This document shows, piece by piece, positions 11,955-25,591 of a DNA stretch of 64,000 bases; positions within the stretch are counted from its first letter, which is position 1; the number at the start of each line of letters is the position of its first letter. A model generated the notes under the pieces. It was given only the letters and a program-made list of their open reading frames with translations, did no database searches and was not told the DNA's origin. The DNA comes from Octopus sinensis. Lineage: Eukaryota. The stretch is from the NCBI RefSeq assembly GCF_006345805.1, contig NW_021836143.1:137340-201339 (forward strand), read 5' to 3'. A program made the translations under genes and the position numbers.

Positions 11955-12422
11955 GAAGCATACGTAGCCAGAATAAGAACTGAATGGAAAATGAGACCTA
12001 TTACTTCTGTGGGTAACGGGAAATTCTGTCTCGAAGTGAAGAGTACAGTGTAGGATGGCTTATGCAAAGTTTTATCTTGTATGCTAATGCAATATGAGCA
12101 TCATTCAAAGATGGGATTCTGTGAAATTTGGAAAGAAATGAGAGCATGCTGAGATGAATGTGTAATGTTAGTGTACGTGAATAACAGCACAAATGATCTG
12201 AAAGTAAAACTGGGTTAAAAGGAATCAGATGCCATGTGCAAGACTGCAGACTACTGCTACAGGCATGTAATGTATGAGAAGGATGACCGCTGATGATAAG
12301 GATATGCCAAGTGGAAGTTCCTTGAGGGAAATGATAACTAAGGAAAGTATGAAGAGTTATAAAGGTTAATATCAAGAGGCCAAACCTTACAAAGCAAGTA
12401 ACAAAGGCTTGCAACAAATGGT
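11955..12422 (+). mobile_element. RTE-clade LINE 3' ORF remnant
   Basis: Degenerate VARIRTEW..R.L..LL..GK..L.VK...NLERNESMLR*MCNVSVRE...LKVKLGLKGIRC, typical of the RTE C-terminus. Confidence 0.7.
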
Positions 12423-14509
12423 AAGCCACAAAAGGCTCATCCATTTCTTAAAGTACAGAAAACCAGGTGTAAAAATGAAAGTGACAAAATACATTGTTTC
12501 TATAGCTATGTTATATAGAAAATACATATATATACCCAGCCCTATACTCCATTTTCTTTTTAGGAGTGGGTAGCCACAACAAGACACACACCAGGCATTT
12601 CATTCATTTCCAAGGTCAAAGAGGTGAGCCCCATCCTATGCTTGGGTCAAAGCATAGAACGGAACCTTCAATATCAGCAGTGGGGCCCAACAGCATATGA
12701 TCGTTTACCCCCGCTGCTTTTGCTGGTTCTGTACCCCTTTGAGCAACGTCAAATTCACTCATCTGCCCACAAACACTCTCCAAGCTTTCCTATCATTTAT
12801 AAACTCTCTTGCCTCAACAAGAAGATATACAAAGTATACGTGTGTGTGTGTGTGATATATAAAATTATCATCATCATTTAACATCTATTTTTCATGTTGG
12901 CATGTGTGCTTATGTGAGTCACATTTTTATAAAACATTAAAATACATTAAAGAGTGCTCGGTATAAAGAATAAATGAATTATAAATTTAAACAAAATGTA
13001 TAATCTTTTTTTTTTTTAAAAAAAAGGCAATGCAATGAAGTATTTATATGCAATTGTAGAAAGAGACAGTGATAAAAACTAAGGTGCCTTTGTCCCAATG
13101 AATGCATGAAATAGTGGATGACAGCATCAGACACAACTTAAAGAAACGTCAAAAGAATTCCCGATGATGGTAATAACATTGAATCCTCTTCTGAAATAAG
13201 CTTTCACTTTCTATTGTCTTTTTTTTTCTAAAGTTTTGTTTTAGTATTGTTATTTAATGAACAAAGCAACAGATTCAATTTTGATCTGAAGCTGGACAAC
13301 AAGGCTGACATTTGATTAACATTTTCATCAGATTGTATCATTTTAAAAGTACTTAATACCGTTTAGGCTCTTTTTTTTATCTATTTTCTGTTTGCTGTTT
13401 TAATTTATTTATTTCAAATCTCTTTGCATAAATAAAAATGAAATTGGCAACAGCTAGCCATGATTGCTGTCATCTTGATTTGGGAAATCTGTTATTTATT
13501 TATTTCTATTAAATAGTACTTACATATGTACTTTAAGCATGAATTTTCTACATCAATATTCTTTACTGTCATGAAATTATTTGTGTACTGTCATATTTAC
13601 AAATTTCTTACATTAAAAGTTTAAAAACCATTTAAAAAAAGATGGGAAACAAAGCACACAAGATGATATTCATACAAAAATGTGTAAAAAAATGATATTC
13701 TTACAACTAAATGCCAAACAATACTTATTTCCATGGAACTGGATACACACATACATGCACTCACACAAGTACATAAGTAGTCGGTAGTCAGTCTGGTTCC
13801 ACCGTTCCAGGGTTTTGAAGAGTGTGGAGCCACCACTTAACCACTATTGTTCTCAGATCTACTCCAACCCAGTTAAGTAGAGCTCAAGTCAGGGTCCAAG
13901 CCATGGATTAACTAGCACATATAATGACTATACGTCTGAGTGAGGGGACAGAAAAACCTTTAGTTGGTGACTGGATGCAGAGTAAAACCACCAGGTGTGA
14001 GGGATTCTTCACTGTTGTTATAGCACCTCTGGAGGAGAGGGACGTAAAACATGCAGTTTCACATGATTTTTGGTCATCTCGCTTTGGCCTGTCACTAGGT
14101 ATTTTTCATGAAGATTAAGAGAATGGTACTCATGTTGTACGAGCATTTATCACTATAATCAATGACATACAAATGTCTCTTTATGATGATCTTATTTATC
14201 CTTTCATCTACATGAAGTCCTATGGTTATGGAAAAGTGGTGACATATGCAGACGTAACAAGTTGGAAGTACACAGTGAGTTGCAACTTTCATCTGTCACC
14301 TATGCTCCAAACTATGCAGATCTGCAACATGACTGAGTAGTCATCTGAGAGGTCATGGATGGAAAGTTAGAAATGCTATCAAGTCATACAAAGGCTTGGG
14401 TGTCATCTACTACAACCATAGGACAATAAATTCTTTGTGAGTGAAATTCTGTTAAAAGAAATTATGGGAAGCTCAACAAAAAATTTATGTGCTTATACAT
14501 ACATACATA

Positions 14510-14933
14510 CATCATCATCGTTTAGCGTCCGCTTTCCATGCTAGCATGGGTTGGACGGTTCAATTGGGGTCTGGGAAGCCAGAAGGCTGCACCAGGCCCA
14601 GTTTGATCTGGCAATGTTTCTACGGCTGGATGCCCTTCCTAACGCCAACCACTCCATGAGTGTAGTGGGTGCTTTTTACGTGCCACCAGCATAGGTGCCA
14701 GACAAGTCTGGCAAACGGCCACGATCAGGTGGAGCTTTTTATGTGCCACCAGCACAGGGGCCAGGTGAAGCTGGCAACGGCCACGAACGGATGGTGGTTT
14801 TTACATGCCACCAGCACGAGGCCAGTCGGAACGGCGCTGGCAACGGCCACGAACGGATGGTTGTGCCAGACAAGTCTGGCAAACGGCAACGAATGGATGC
14901 TGCTTTTTACGTGACACTGGCACAGACATGCCA
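14510..14933 (-). mobile_element. Family C element
   Basis: (CAT)n end, ccatgctagcatgg and multiple subrepeats. Confidence 0.88.
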
Positions 14934-14944
14934 ATATATATATA

Positions 14945-15419
14945 ATCGATCAATGGAAATTGCGGATGTGCTACCAGTGCCAGTGGCATGTCGAAACTCT
15001 GCTTGTGAAGACCCATTGAGGCAAGTGAGGATCAGAATCGAAATCGATCAATGGAAATTGCAGATGTGTTACCAGTGCTGGTGGCATGTAAGAGAACTTT
15101 CCGTTTCGCGACCGTTGCCAGCACCGCCCCGTTTCGTGTCCATTGCCAGCCTCGCATGGCCCTCGTGCCGGTGGCACATAAAAAGCACCATCCGTTCGTG
15201 GCCGTTTGCCAGCTCTGTCTGGCACCAGTGCGGGTGGCACGTAAAAGCACCACTACACTCACGGAGTGGTTGGCGTTAGGAAGGGCATCCAGCCGTAGAA
15301 ACACTGCCAGATTTGACTGGGCCTGATGAAGCCTTCTGGCTTCACAGACCCCAGTAGAACCGTCCAACCCATGCTAGCATGGAAAACGGACGCTAAATGA
15401 TGATGATGATGATGATGAT
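14945..15419 (+). mobile_element. Family C element with a duplicated 5' segment
   Basis: atcgatcaatggaaattgc occurs at 14945 and again ~101 nt later; (GAT)n tail. Confidence 0.88.
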
Positions 15420-15610
15420 ATATACATACACACACATATATATATGCATTTATTTGCGTGTGCATGTGTATATATACAGATGTAAACAGTATCCTACCTG
15501 CAAGTGATTGATGCAGGATGGGTTGAAATGATCATTGTGAGCAATAAAGTTTCTCATATATTCCATTTTCCATCTGTCATTTGTTATATTTCCTCAACTT
15601 ACACTGAGAA

Positions 15611-15657
15611 ATTCCTGAGGTAGATCCAGCAATTGTTGCTGGATCTACCTCAGGAAT
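15611..15657. repeat. Perfect 22-bp hairpin, 3-nt loop
   Basis: attcctgaggtagatccagcaa-ttg-ttgctggatctacctcaggaat. Confidence 0.9.
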
Positions 15658-16667
15658 AGCTCCTGACATGGATGACGTCAGGTAGCAATAGACAGTGAAC
15701 GTGCTTCATTGGCTTACTACCAGAAACATACCCAACACTTAAATATTTACTTACATATGTACATATATCTTTTGCTGATGTACAATAGTAAAAGACATAC
15801 ACATCAGTGGGAAAACTAATAACTGGTGATTCTGAATAAAAATACGTTGCTGTATTTGTTCTGCCTGAGTTCCACAGATGCTTGCGTGTCACACTCGCCA
15901 CCAGAAGTTCAGTGAACCAGTGATGGTTCTGTTGGAAACTTATAACCAATGGTGCTTGTTCGCAAAACATCAGATACAAAATAAATAAATAAGTAAATAA
16001 ATAGGTAAGTGTTGAAATGTCCAACATATTGTATTATTGGAAGTAGTAGCATCAATATTATTTAGCAGTATAACTTCATCAGATTGTTTCAGTTCAGCTG
16101 TTATGGGTATATCTTGGATAGGGATGCACTTCACTGCACTGCACTGCACTATAGGCACTGTTTAAAGAATAAATCTTCAGTGATGCTACAATAATCTGAT
16201 GAGTTGCAGGACTCAGCTACTTCGATAACAATAGATATATATATATATATATAGGTATATCAGTTTGTGTGCAGTGTGTATGTATATGAATATCACACAA
16301 AATGTAGTATTTAATATAATTGAATGTTAAATGCTGCCTAACATTTCAGTTACTTGTTTATTTATATATTCAATAGCATAATACTTATCAAAAATAATAG
16401 GATTTATTTAAGTATATAGAACACAATATGCAAAAGTAAAATTTATATATTGGCTTCTAATGTAGCTTTTATATCTATCTGGCTGGCATTGGTCTGGAAA
16501 AAAGGAGCCCAAAAGCAGGGAATGTTAAGAAAAGCAGAAGAAAATAGGAAATACCTAATCATGGATAATCTGCAAGTGGAATAATGGTGTAACATGAGAT
16601 GGAAGAACAAGTCACTATCAAACAGTTATATATGTGTGTGTGTTTACATTTACACACATGTTCAACA

Positions 16668-16798
<131 letters not shown>

Positions 16799-16940
16799 GT
16801 TATGTTATATTCCATTAGGAACGTGGTAGAGTACAGTATAAAGTTTGTCCACCTTCAGAATTTCCCTACTATTGGTAGTATTATTATATAATTCCAAGTT
16901 TATGCTTGGGTGTTCGTGTGAATGTAAAATTAAAGAAATT

Positions 16941-17190
16941 GAAGTCAAGAAGAAGGCGTATCATTGTACATTTATTTATTATTCACTACAATTGTTTCGA
17001 TGCAACGTAGTTCTCCAGGAATATAGGTTTTTGATTATGCAACTGTTTGTTTGCATAATGGTATCTAGTTGTGTTTCCTCAGGTGATATGAGTGTTGTCT
17101 CCATTAGTTTAAAATCGTTGACTTCAGGGCCATCTTCTCTGTTTATCATGGTTAGAATTTAGTCATGGCTGATAGACTCGTGATGTTTGC
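16941..17190 (-). mobile_element. Penelope-like fragment, left member of an inverted pair
   Basis: Reverse complement aligns to 17920-18169 (e.g. cctgaggaaacacaactagat, attatgcaaacaaacag). Confidence 0.6.
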
Positions 17191-17567
17191 CAGAGTTGGT
17201 ATAAGAAGGTTATTATTAGGTGACAGTGTTGCTCCTACAGTTGGGAGTGACTGTGTGAGAATTAGAGCGCAAGGTTAGGAAATAAGTAGAGAGATGTGTG
17301 TGTGTATTTACATTTATGGGAGTGATCATGTGAGAGTCAGCATGCAAGGTTGGAGACAATTTGAGAGATATGCGCGTGTGTGTGTGTGACTAAAAGTATG
17401 TATATACACATGCACTTCACTATATGTATGTGCAAGTCAAAGTGGTAGGTTTGCTTACTTACCTATGTGTATGTATGTGGGTATGTATATTTACCCACAA
17501 GTGCATGAGGGTATATATATAAGTGCATAAGTGTATATCATGATGGGTGTATGAATATATGTACATT

Positions 17568-17616
<49 letters not shown>

Positions 17617-17919
17617 AATTGCGTAAATAAAGGCATGTATATATGCATATGTATGGGAATGTATGTGCGTGTTTGTATATGTGAGTGCTTGTATGGGTAA
17701 ATATAGGCATATATACATAGGTTTCTGTGGGAAAGTGTATGTGTGAGTTTTTATGTGCGTATGTATCTGACCACTGAATGCTAAAAATCAGCCAAAGAGT
17801 TTCATATGTGTAGCCAACCATGAACAGACCAGAGATACAAAGAGAAGGTCAATTCCATTTAAATTCCAGCCAGTACCATCTACTACCATTTATAGCAGTC
17901 TGACAAGCACGCTCTCATA

Positions 17920-18169
17920 GCAAACACCATGGGTCTATCAGCCGCTACTAAATTCAAACTACAATGAACAGAGAAGCTGGTCCTGAAGTGGACGATTTTA
18001 AACTAATGGAGATAACACTCGTATATTGCCTGAGGAAACACAACTAGATCCCATTATGCAAACAAACAGGTGCATAATCAAATACCTGTATTCTTGGAGA
18101 GCTACAAGAGTTGAAATAATTGTAGCGAATTATAAATAAATGTCCAACTGTACTCCTTCTTCTTGACTC
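17920..18169 (+). mobile_element. Penelope-like fragment, right member of an inverted pair
   Basis: Roughly 80% identical by eye to the reverse complement of 16941-17190. Confidence 0.6.
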
Positions 18170-18699
18170 CACTTACTTCAATTTTATATATATATATATA
18201 TATATATATGGAAATAGATATATGCATGTATATATATATATATATATATGCGAGTGGACAAATAAAAGAAAGTAGCACTCAACACATCTGGTAGAGGTTG
18301 CATATATTTTTAAATCACAGTTTGACTCAGCTCCAAATGACTTAAAGTTTTGAGGTTATGAAGAATGCATCCAGAGAAAGAGATATATATATATACACAC
18401 ATTTTGACTAATGTAAATTAAGAATCTAGAATCAATGATTAATATGTCATACATAAGATGAAAAGTATGGAAGAATATATATGTTCCATAGCCTGTTTTT
18501 CCTTACTGGTTTTTACCCATGGTTGGTATAACAAGATTATTATTAGGTGATGATGGTGTTTCTACAGTTGGGTGAATGGATGTCAATGTCGTTAAATAGA
18601 TTGTGGAAATATACTTGAGAAAAAATTTATTATATGAAGAGATTCATATTTGGCTATTTATTCTATCTGTGGTTTGGATCCCAGAAATACCCACCTTTC

Positions 18700-19100
18700 T
18701 CACTCACCACCTTTTCTTTTGTAAAGTAGACTCCTGGTGAGGTATAGCTTGTACACCTTGATGAATTTCTGAGTTAGTACTAGCACCAGCATTTGTTATT
18801 CATATCTTGATTGGTAGATCATTCCATAGATGCTATAACTAGTGCAGTGGTCATGAAGGGACTTTGGGCTATTTCTCATAACAGTGTATAAACAAATTGT
18901 AGGATAAACAAGGGATTGTACTCACTGCCATGTTTGTATACCATAAGTGGATTGCTGTAGGAATTATATTAGGGAATTTGCATGATGTTTACTATTTTTG
19001 GGGTGTATAGGTTCATCTAGAATTCTACATAATGCTTGAAAATTTTGAGCGTACAGTTTGCGGGGCTTCTGTATTTGGGCCATAGTTATTTTGTATGAGG
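18700..19100 (-). mobile_element. Possible Penelope GIY-YIG ORF remnant
   Basis: Very decayed GMIYQ...LTQKFIKVYKLY; lies next to the PLE-like fragments. Confidence 0.25.
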
Positions 19101-19254
19101 GGTTTATGGTAAAGGTGTTGGTAGACCTACAATAGTAGCAACTATTCTGTCTCTGTCTTTAGCAATATGGGAAAAGTTACCAGTCTACCACCACTGACAT
19201 CAAGACATATCAACCCACGAGGTTTTCTTCAGTTATGAACAAAATTTCTAATCT

Positions 19255-19481
19255 TTAACCCTTTTGATACCAAGCTGCATGAAACCACCTCTGATTCTGT
19301 ATTATAAATATCTTGTTTTCAAAAGTTCTGAATTGCAATCTACCAAACCTTAGTCATAATTTATGTTCCTAACACTAGCCTAATGATAACTAAGTTATTT
19401 TACTAAATTCTTTGTTATATTTAAAATTAATTGAAAGAAACACAGAGTATCTCAGCAGAAATATGGTAACAAAAAAGTCAA
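19255..19481. mobile_element. piggyBac-like MITE, diverged
   Basis: TTAA CCCTTTTGATACC at the left and GGTAACAAAAAAG TCAA at the right: imperfect TIRs with a TTAA-like TSD. Confidence 0.55.
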
Positions 19482-22400
19482 AATATTTTTGTGTAGAACA
19501 TTTTTAACATATGTAAATTAATGCCATTTACCCATCTGAGATATTTCCCTTAGCCTGTTCAATGTATATATGATGCAAATTATATACTGGCCAAAACTTT
19601 TTCCTAACTCTTTTTCATATGTAAAATTCTACATAAACTGATCAATCAGGCTTGAGATGACTGTACTATATAATGAAACTTGAAACAGTTATTTCTTGCC
19701 TGCACACAGAAATAGACTTTTCCTAACCTAACCTAACCTTCTAATCTTGTAAATTAACTTACAGAAATTAATTCTTAATTTCTTAAAAAAAAATTACCTG
19801 TCCTTTTCTTTTAAAAGTAGCAAGCAATTGCCACTAGGTTATTGTTTTCTTTCTATAACCAAGAAGGACAATTCACTTCATCAAGTATTTTTAATGGACA
19901 GCATCCAATACATCCTTTAACACAGTTACATAATTAGAAGTTGGTAATTTTCTCTGTATTTCTCTTTTATATGTAAAAATCAATAGCTTCAGATATATAT
20001 ATTTTCCCAAAATATTTTTCATCGTCATATTTTCTACTTTCATAAATGCTTCAAACAACAGTTAATTTTTTAGAATTGCTCTATTTATATACAGAACCAG
20101 AAGAACATTGTTCTTGCTTAAGCATTTATTCCATTTCCTGTAATAACTTTGGACATCATTCACCAAATTCATCCAAGAAAAGAGCAATAATTCTTTTGAG
20201 AATAAATATAAAAATATTTTTTTGTGGCAGATTAAGATTCAAAATATTCATATAAAAGTCTGATTATTAATATGGATTCGTTTTATTTTTTAATTTGATA
20301 TGAAATTATTAAGAAAATTTATAAATCATCCACTTAAAATAGATGATTTATTTAAAAAAAAGAAATGAAAAATTCAAATATGCCATCTACTTTATATATG
20401 TGTCTATTAGTATGAATTTAATTTCCAATTACAAAATATTGGACAAAAACTGAGATAAAATGAAAAAGACTTCTCTTGACAAGATAATCACAAAAGCTTG
20501 CTTCAGAATCTACCACCTACTTTCTTACAGCTATTTTCAGTTTTCTGATTCACATTTGGCTGGCAGAGCTAGTTAATTTAGTTGAAAAGAAGCTGAGAAT
20601 ATTAACTGTTTTCTTTTCCTTATTTTTTCCTATTTCAAGAAATATCATTTTTATTAACTGATTATGACACAGATGGAAACTTGTTAAATTCTATGAAGAA
20701 ATAATGACTGTTTTTACCATGTTACTTTAGTGAAAGAGTATCAAGTACTATATAATAGTTTGCTTGAATTATGATGATTAAGAAATAAAGAAATTGTTTG
20801 AAAAATTACTCAGAAGTTTGCAATAGAAATATTACTTTCCTTGAGTTCTGTTTTAAGAATATTTTCTTAACATTTATTTTCAAATATGACATTAAATAAA
20901 CTGTTTAACATTATGTGTAACAATTTTGCTAGAGACTGATTTATGAAAGCAACAGATAAAGTTGCTAAGCTTAACTGAAAATTGCATAGTTAACTGATTT
21001 CTCTGACATCTATTCAAACCAGTATTTTCACTCTCAAACTTACCAACGTGAAGAAATGAGGCTTCATACTTAGAGAACATAGAATTAATAACTTAAATGT
21101 TTGGCTGTTACTGGTGATTAAGCCCAGGTCAACCCTGACTGAGCAGATCTAACATCGATGATATTTCAGCCATAACCAACCATTCTGTTTTAATTTTAGA
21201 TATAGTATATCTAAAACTTCATTATCTAATGTCTTTCCTTAAGATGATAACAACTTTTTTTAGCAACCTGAGCAAAAAGAGACTTCCCTCTTTGGTTTGT
21301 AACTGTTTGGTGCTTATCAATTACAAATTTAAATGTTAAACTCCTTATTGTATTTCTTCTTTCCAAAACTAAAAAAAAAAAATACTTAGAATAAAATTAT
21401 GTTCATGGGATGGTTCATTATCTTCATAATCATACCAACTGGCAACACAATAATTACAAACATTTCCTTCAAATAAATCAGTATCATTTCAATGGCATGT
21501 CCAAATGATTCAAGACCCAAGTTAAATGACCAGCTAGTCAGTATAGACAGGATGGTGAACACTAGAAAATGAATTTGATTAATAAACATCAGGTGAGCCA
21601 GTAATAATAGATAGGGATATATCTTGTGAGTTAGAATTCATCCATCCGAATGTGTGAAATAAATTGTTGAAATGAAACTACTTGAAAAACCAAGTAAATC
21701 ATACATGGCATATTGTCTCTGCAATATATCAATGATGGTCAGAAGAGTTCAGCAATAACAAGAACTGTTCATCCCCATCTTTCACACAAAGCAAATCGCA
21801 AGTTTTCCAACTAAAATATACAAGGTATTAAAGCCATACCTGTAAAGTATCTATTTCAGTGGTTAATTTACCATCAAACTACCATTCCAAACTTAATGCA
21901 AGTGAATATTAAAATTTTTTGGTGACTTCATTCTGCTACTTTCTTTGATTATAATAAATGCACTGGTTGTGTAGCTGAAAGGGTGAGATGCAGTAGTAAG
22001 TTGATTGGTATCATAGGTTCAAACCTTAATCATTGCTATATACTACTGCATGAATCAGTGAACCTTTCCTTGAGATTAGCACCATTCTTAATTCACGGTT
22101 AAATGATAAGTAGCGTAAAAACTGCCATCTGTAAAAATTTCCACTGATTCACGTTCAAATGTTTGAATCTGAAGAACTACCCAATACATCAAATGAGCAA
22201 AAAGGATATAAAATAGTATCACATTTAGACTTCTAAATCAATAACATAAATAAAATTAGTAATGAAAAAGGAAACCATTACTGTAATTGTATGTATATGA
22301 ATGATTTTTATGAGCTATTTCAATGATTTTTATGTGCTATTTGATTTTGAGAACTTTAGCTAAAGAGTAATTTATGCGTTATTTGACATTTATTTACCTA

Positions 22401-23169
22401 AGCTAACATGAGTGGGATGATTTGGCAATATAAAATATATGGATAAGTTTGTATATAAATGTACACATGTAAATCTATCTCCAAAATTAACCACTAACAC
22501 ACCGTCTCAGTTCTTTATTTAATATACATAGATGTACATACAAAAACACATATATATTTATGCATGCATGCATGTGCATATACTCCAATGCAAGGAATGA
22601 AGTTTGAAATCTGAAAAGACTTATTTGTATAAATTTGCATTTTTAAAATTTCATTATATCATAGAACTCAGTATTATCAAGTAACATATCAAAGATAGCT
22701 GAATTACATCTCTTTTCTGGCAAACACCACCAGATGGTGAAGATAGCTGAATTACATCAGTTTGATGATATAGGCCACCAGGTGGCCTGACAGCCGATAC
22801 CTATATATTCCAGTGCTTGGCACCCTCAGCCTCTCTCTTTTGCCTAAAGGCCACAGACCATATGCTGTTACCACTGTTCTAATGACATGTACCTAAGCCA
22901 ATTTCTTATCGTTACCCAAATGATACCTGCTATGAATATTTTACAGTGAGTGCCAGCCATGAACTGAATGTGTTTTCTACTGTACACACATTTCTGTTAC
23001 TTTTGCAATCTTCTCCCATGACAAAGAAGCTCATACTGGTCATTCAAAGAGACCCGAGACACAAAGAGACTTGATTTTTTACATAATGTAAAAGCTGTGG
23101 TTGTACCATCCTTTCTAATAAATTTTATTTATTATAGTAAAACAATCTTCATCATTTTCTACACACTTG

Positions 23170-23474
23170 ACATGCTAAAATCTCTTCCACCCTCTTTTGT
23201 TCTGAGGTAGAATCTGTTGATACCACTGTTCTTGTGGAAATCTGCAGCTGATGCCAGGATCTTGTGGAATTTTTTTATGTTGATAGTCAAGTATCCCAAA
23301 TTTGGTATCAGTATGGGTACTGCAAATGCCTTGTAGGATATTGTTTTGTATTATTGTAAAAGTAAAGCTCTGTCTACCATATCTTTTTAAGTTTGGTGTA
23401 ATATCTTTGATTACTCTACCCTTGCTTATAGTACCTTTGTATGATATATTTTAATCAATACATATGTATTTGTA
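23170..23474 (-). mobile_element. R4/Dong-like RT C-terminal fragment, degenerate
   Basis: YKYICID*NISY...AFAVPILIPNFGIL...FHKNSGINRFYLRTKEGGR, resembling the RLYLPRKEGGRG motif. Confidence 0.6.
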
Positions 23475-24468
23475 ACAATCATTCAAGAACCAGAGGAATT
23501 AGAGAGAAACTACAGACATAAGATTCAGAGTTTGGACAGCTTTTCCATGTATGTATGTATGAAAGCATGAATTGCGAGTGTAAAAATGTTGAGAATTTGC
23601 TACAAAAATGCATTTTTTTAAAGAACGCACTAGGAAAAACATAAAAGGAAATGACTTAGTCAATCATGAGCTGTTGTTGGCCTTATGAATTACATGAAGC
23701 AGGACTAAGTAACCTGATGAAATATTGTGATACAGACTCCAGTCCAACTCAAACAAACATGAACAAATAGTTGCGAGAGTAATTATGAAGATGATTACTG
23801 ATAGTAGAGGTAATCTTACTGAAGTACAAAATACGAAATATATATAATAATGAAAATTTTATTTTTCTCTTTCAGACAGAAATGTAATTAAAATTGAAAT
23901 AACTTTCCCATTCTTACCCGGCCTACACTCCAAAATATACTAAAGAAATAGAATCGGTATATTCTCATATTTCAGTTTATTTTCCATCATATGTAAAGAT
24001 AACTGTATGAAACAAGGAAAAAAAAAAAAGTGATCGTATTTAATTGTAAATTTCACAGTTCTGTTGCTATGCAGAATCTGATGTTGTAAGCATTGTTGCT
24101 CAGTGAGCAGAAAAATAATTTAAACAGCCTACTGGTGAGTTTGTGTCAAAGCATTGCTGGTTATTGTGTATATGATATGTCTTTTGTTATAAAGACAATG
24201 TATCAACATTTAGGAAATTTAATGGTTAGTGACTGAAACAGTTACTGATAAATGTGTAGAAGCAATATTAATCTTAGTCACGCTACTGTAAGATGCAACA
24301 TTTCTCATAAACTTCTCTTCATACTTTTAAATAGATAAAATGTATTAGAATTATACAGGTCAGAAGGAACTTGCTTACAAAGATCAGCTATATTTTGTAG
24401 ATAAATAATTTCCTGTCATTTAACAAGGAAACTATTAATAAGTTGTGATAGATCAGAAGTAAATCCAC

Positions 24469-24504
<36 letters not shown>

Positions 24505-24639
24505 CATACATATATACTACTCACAAAATTTAGCAGTCCCATCAGTAAATTGTCAGTTTGTTAATCTTTAACTAGCCTCAAAATAATAACCACAAATTAA
24601 TATTTTACATATGCATATGTAATTTTTGGGACTAATAGG

Positions 24640-25102
24640 TATTTGTCAATTAGTGTGTTGAGGTGTTGAGTAAAGCACTAGCATGGTTTGGGCTACCTGG
24701 TGTCATCCACAGTTGGGGTATATTTCCATTGGATCTACTTCAGGAATTCTGTAGTGTTGGTTGAGATAATAATCGATTAATGAAACAGAAGATAGATTTG
24801 GTATTAGTCTTCATTCCATACAACAATCATTTCGATCCATTACTTGTTGGGAAAGAATGCTACTGTTATTTAGCCCTAGGAAACACTGCTTCCTGTTGGA
24901 TTTGACACATTTCCTGTGTCCGTATGTTTTCAAAGTGGAGACAAGCACCTCCATCCAGCAAAACCAGCAACCAGAGACTAGTTTCAGAGTCATTGCTCAT
25001 TGACAGCTAGCAAGCCATGCTACTCTGGACTGATGATGAGCAACGACTCTGAAACTAGTCTCTGGTTGCTGGTTTTGCTGGGCGGAGGTGCTTGTCTCCA
25101 CT
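24640..25102. mobile_element. Penelope-like head-to-head element with a 67-bp fold-back
   Basis: Arms 24934-25000 and 25036-25102 match at 64/67; hammerhead fold at the right arm/loop junction. Confidence 0.6.
25025..25065 (+). ncRNA. Minimal type-I hammerhead-like motif
   Basis: CTGGA CTGATGA tGAG caacga CTCt GAAA C ta GTC TCTGG: intact core, palindromic ACTAGT, GUC site, U-U at the base of stem II. Confidence 0.55.
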
Positions 25103-25114
25103 CTTGTCTCTACA

Positions 25115-25260
25115 TTTTGAGTTCAAATTATGCCGAGGTTGACTTTGCCTTTCCTCTTTTCGGGGTCAATAAATTAAGTACCAGTTGCGTTTGGGGTTGA
25201 TCTAATTGACTGGGCCCCTCCCAAGTTTTAGGCCCTGTGCCTATAGTAGAAAGGATTATT
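25115..25260 (+). mobile_element. SINE B1, 5'-truncated
   Basis: gagttcaaattatgccgaggttgac...gtgcctatagtagaaaggattatt. Confidence 0.85.
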
Positions 25261-25265
25261 ATTAT

Positions 25266-25298
<33 letters not shown>

Positions 25299-25591
25299 TA
25301 TTATTATCATATTGTCTTTGTACAGCTTCTAATGCTGGATATGCACTACAGTGTCAGCTGTTCACTATCAGTGAAGTAAGGTAACACCCTTTAGTTTTTG
25401 AGCACCATCTGAAGTATTCAAGTAGTTCCAAGCAGTGCTGTTTTCTGCAAGTGTTCCACCCTTACTGCAGTCCCTATTTGTTCCATGTACTTCTCAAGAT
25501 TTTTACTCACTGTTCCCAGGGTTATGACATTTATTAGTACTACTACCACATTTTTCAGCGAGCACAACTGCTTAACCTCCCAAGCTAACCT

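Noticed and set aside
13924-14118. FGLSL motif suggesting an RTE RT
   Set aside because: No other RT motifs could be recovered; too degenerate to call.
14695-15279. Longest ORF (194 aa) and overlapping ORFs
   Set aside because: They lie wholly within two GC-rich family C repeats, recur in other copies and have no domain motif.
15323-15345. CTGATGA-agcc-ttct-ggct in family C as a hammerhead half
   Set aside because: No GAAA follows, and other subfamily copies read ctggtgca; it is just a hairpin.
22692-22758. 19-bp direct repeat around a 29-nt spacer (CRISPR-like spacing)
   Set aside because: Only two units in eukaryotic DNA; more likely a TSD or slippage.
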